Positions 33,557 through 36,092 of a DNA stretch of 36,092 nt are shown in pieces. The position numbers and the translations under genes are program-made. The notes below the pieces were generated by a model. It was not told the origin of the DNA. It saw nothing but the letters and a program-made list of their open reading frames with translations, and did no database searches. The stretch comes from a virus (lineage: Duplodnaviria > Caudoviricetes), in the IMG/VR virus record IMGVR_UViG_3300029183_000018, positions 1-36,092 of that record. The stretch is one strand, 5' to 3'. The first letter of the stretch is position 1. Each line of letters begins with the position of its first letter.

Positions 33557-34407
33557 ATTTTCAGCCTCCATTTTTTGCCCTCAACCTGCTCAAAGTGTTT
33601 GGGCAGATCTGGTGAGAGCATGTGTTTCTGGCAATAATCCAGAGCCTCCTTATAGGTGAAAGCCCTGGCCTTTTTTGTTGATACAAACCTGGCCACCTGT
33701 TGCCACTTGCCAGGCTTTAAAATCCATTCGATATCTGCCACCCATCCCTGATCATTGGCCCCAGCATACCAGGGGTTTTCTTTGAGCCCCCTCTCAACCT
33801 GGGGCAGGTTCTCCAGGAACCCCTCAGAGATCACCCTGGCCACCTCTTTGGATCGGCCTGCTTTCTTCTGATTGCATACCACCAGGCCATGCTGCCTGGC
33901 CACTGCATTCCACCAGGTAACGAATAGCTCATGAGGTGCCTGCCTTTTGAGCAGTTCAAAATCCAGCTTTTCAGAATCCCCATTTAAAGGATATATATTA
34001 TCTTTTAAAATATATCTTATAAAGAGGTCAGCCTGGCCAGATTGGCCATCATTTACCTGGCCACCCTGGCCATTCTCGTTGGCCACTTTGGCCGGCTGCC
34101 TGGCCACTTTGGCAGCTTCATCCACAGCTGGATAGTTGATGCTCCACACCAGGGCACCACCATCCCAGGGCTTTTTAATCAGCAGCTGATCCTGCACCAT
34201 TTTCTCCAGGCACCTCCTCATGGTTCTGCTGGGGATGAAATAAAAGATCTCACACCAATCATCCAGGCTCATCCTCATCTCACTCAGGCCAGCATCCACC
34301 AGGATCCAGTGGAACTGCTGGAGAATGATGGCCTCCTTTAAGCCCACGGCCTTTGCTAGTTTGGGGAGAAACACCCAGGGCCGGCTGGGGATTATCAGGT
34401 TACTCAT
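33553..34407 (-). CDS. replication initiator / replisome organiser
   Basis: LPKLAKAVGLKEAIILQQFHW winged-helix N-terminus, low-complexity linker and GWVADIEWILKP C-terminal motif. Confidence 0.8.
   Translation of the reverse strand: MSNLIIPSRPWVFLPKLAKAVGLKEAIILQQFHWILVDAGLSEMRMSLDDWCEIFYFIPSRTMRRCLEKMVQDQLLIKKPWDGGALVWSINYPAVDEAAKVARQPAKVANENGQGGQVNDGQSGQADLFIRYILKDNIYPLNGDSEKLDFELLKRQAPHELFVTWWNAVARQHGLVVCNQKKAGRSKEVARVISEGFLENLPQVERGLKENPWYAGANDQGWVADIEWILKPGKWQQVARFVSTKKARAFTYKEALDYCQKHMLSPDLPKHFEQVEGKKWRLKI
33982..34116. other. candidate replication origin inside the initiator gene
   Basis: AT-rich tract 33982-34023 next to clustered TGGCC(A) repeats, including TGGCCACTTTGGC at 34080 and 34101. 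Confidence 0.55.
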
Positions 34408-35324
34408 TCACCACCTCCTAAAAGCTGAGCCTCATACTTGATCAGGGCACCCTCCAGCTTTTTCTGACTGGTAAGGTCGGCCTGGGAGTTCTGGGCCCAT
34501 ACTAAAAACTCCCTCCTGCTGGTGGCACTCATCTCATCCCTGGCCTTTACCAGGGCCCTGAGGATGTTGGCTATCCTGTTGTCTGCATCACCAGGCTCCA
34601 GGCCACCAAAGCCCACCAGGGTAATAGTCACATTCTTTATTCCACAGATATCCCTGAGGCCAGCCAGGCTAGGGAATGGGGCCGGCTTATCCTGGGCCGG
34701 CTCAGGCTTAGCCATAGCCGTTTTACTGGTGGCCTTGTTCCTGGGATTTCTCACCTCCCTCATGGCTTTCTTTACATCATCAGGCACCTGATCCTGGTTC
34801 CTGGTGTACCAGGGTGAGCCTGCACGATCAGGATCGTACTTTGGATACACTGGCTTTTTATTGGATCCAGTTCCCTCCCAATGTTCGATCCTCATCATGA
34901 TGGCTGGCTTTTGGAACTGGCTGGCCACGCCCCACATCTTAGCTGCTTTCTTAAAGGCAGCTGTGGCACAGTTACTCACGGGGTTCCCGTAGCCCCCCTT
35001 AACCTTGCCCTGCTCAATCTCCACAATGCCCACGGCACTCCTGGTGAGCATGTGAACAGTGCCATTTATGAGGGCAGGTATAGTGATCTCACAGGTACAC
35101 TGCACCAGGTTCTCATTGAAAAGCCTGGGGGGGTGTACGATCCGAGAACTCCAGCCAGGTGCATGGAGATTGAGCATCTCTGTGTATGCCTCCTTTGTGG
35201 TTCCGATGAGGAACGTAACCCAGAGGCCCTGCCATTTTTTCTTGATCCACCTGGGCTGGGCTGTGCAGAGATCGTAAGGGATGGGGCTGGCCAGGCCGGC
35301 CAGAATAAGTGCAAGTTCTTTCAT
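34404..35324 (-). CDS. Rad52/Rad22-family single-strand annealing protein (Sak-like)
   Basis: MLNLHAPGWS, CTCEITI, TRSAVG, YGNPVSNCATAAFKKAAKMWGV; ATG at 35324 follows the leader repeat. Confidence 0.78.
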   Translation of the reverse strand: MKELALILAGLASPIPYDLCTAQPRWIKKKWQGLWVTFLIGTTKEAYTEMLNLHAPGWSSRIVHPPRLFNENLVQCTCEITIPALINGTVHMLTRSAVGIVEIEQGKVKGGYGNPVSNCATAAFKKAAKMWGVASQFQKPAIMMRIEHWEGTGSNKKPVYPKYDPDRAGSPWYTRNQDQVPDDVKKAMREVRNPRNKATSKTAMAKPEPAQDKPAPFPSLAGLRDICGIKNVTITLVGFGGLEPGDADNRIANILRALVKARDEMSATSRREFLVWAQNSQADLTSQKKLEGALIKYEAQLLGGGE

Positions 35325-35390
35325 GATGCCGTGGTTAAAGTGGTGAAACGTGTTGAGGGTGTATACCAAGTATAAACCCTGAGGTTTCAG
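35322..35390 (-). promoter_or_regulatory. Shared early-gene promoter/leader repeat, full copy
   Basis: Minus strand reads CTGAAACCTCAGGGTTTATACTTGGTATACACCCTCAACACGTTTCACCACTTTAACCACGGCATC-ATG. Confidence 0.75.
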
Positions 35391-36092
35391 CTACTGGCCC
35401 AAAATATCATCCAGATCCCCCTGGTGATCCTTGAGCTGCCTCATGATTCCCAGGTAGCTGTGGAACATGCTGATCCCCTCACCTGGTGCCTGGGCTTCCT
35501 CGGCCTCTGGGAAATCATCACTCTGCACCCAGCTGTATCCTGCAAACTTCTTATTGTCAAAGTGAGGAACTACACCCAGGATGGCCTCCATGCCGATCAT
35601 GCATGCAGCATTCTGATTCATCCACTCAGATCTCCAGGCATCCATGTTGCCAGGCTGGCCATGTTCCTGCAGCTCCATGCCCAGGAGGTGCCTCATGGCA
35701 TCCACTGCATCAAACCTGGATTTTACTTTGCCCAGGGCCTCCTCCACCTCACCCAGCATCTTGAGCCTGGCCTGGTTCCCCTCATCTTTTGTGGTATCGA
35801 TCATGGCATGCAGTGTGGCCAGCCTCATGCTTTTGCCGGCCTCCATAGCCAGTGTTTGCTGCATCTTCTCCACTGACTCCAGGGCCTGCAGAAGCAGTGG
35901 CCTGAATTTCAGAATTACATTGCCAGCGTTCTTGAGTTCTCCGCTGCCCCAGTAGGATTTAAAATCTGATTCTTTAATGCCGGCCAGAACGTTTATAACG
36001 CGAATCTGCCTATCATGATACCCCAGCCTGCGAAAGATCATCCCGTCCCATTCAAGCTCTTTGAGGATGCTGTCCTGCATGGCGTTAATGGT
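35391..36092 (-). CDS. 3' part of the origin-spanning hypothetical protein
   Basis: In frame with 396-23 through the terminal repeat. Confidence 0.75.
   Translation of the reverse strand, partial: TINAMQDSILKELEWDGMIFRRLGYHDRQIRVINVLAGIKESDFKSYWGSGELKNAGNVILKFRPLLLQALESVEKMQQTLAMEAGKSMRLATLHAMIDTTKDEGNQARLKMLGEVEEALGKVKSRFDAVDAMRHLLGMELQEHGQPGNMDAWRSEWMNQNAACMIGMEAILGVVPHFDNKKFAGYSWVQSDDFPEAEEAQAPGEGISMFHSYLGIMRQLKDHQGDLDDILGQ
36043..36092. repeat. 50-bp terminal direct repeat, copy 2
   Basis: Identical to 23-72. Confidence 0.95.

Noticed and set aside
35325-35369. ORF-track start at 35369 for the Rad52-like gene
   Set aside because: The extension merely translates the leader repeat; ATG 35324 matches the position used in the other copies.

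Overview
The window is an apparently complete circular (or terminally redundant) ~36 kb siphovirus-like phage genome. Bases 23-72 repeat at 36043-36092, one gene runs across that junction, and the first 17 nt are a random-amplification primer remnant. The + strand arm (3548-30243) carries terminase, an HK97-type portal, protease and capsid, a MuF-like protein, neck genes, tail tube, a frameshifted tail chaperone, tape measure and a 1490-aa adhesin. The - strand arm (30365-36092 and 1-3419) carries a Rad52-like annealase, a replication initiator with an internal ori-like tract, a RusA-like resolvase and many small genes preceded by a shared leader repeat. The most notable signal is a probable virion-surface glycan system. 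Three GT-A glycosyltransferases, a sulfotransferase, a SAM methyltransferase and a GT-B/glycerophosphotransferase-like enzyme are interleaved with the head genes. The capsid and tail tube proteins both end in AGSGS-stop, and two tail proteins carry Gly-Ser repeats. I recognised no integrase, DNA polymerase, DNA methyltransferase or endolysin. The genome is strongly CG-depleted and rich in GGCC/CCWGG. All family assignments come from motifs read by eye, with no database search.
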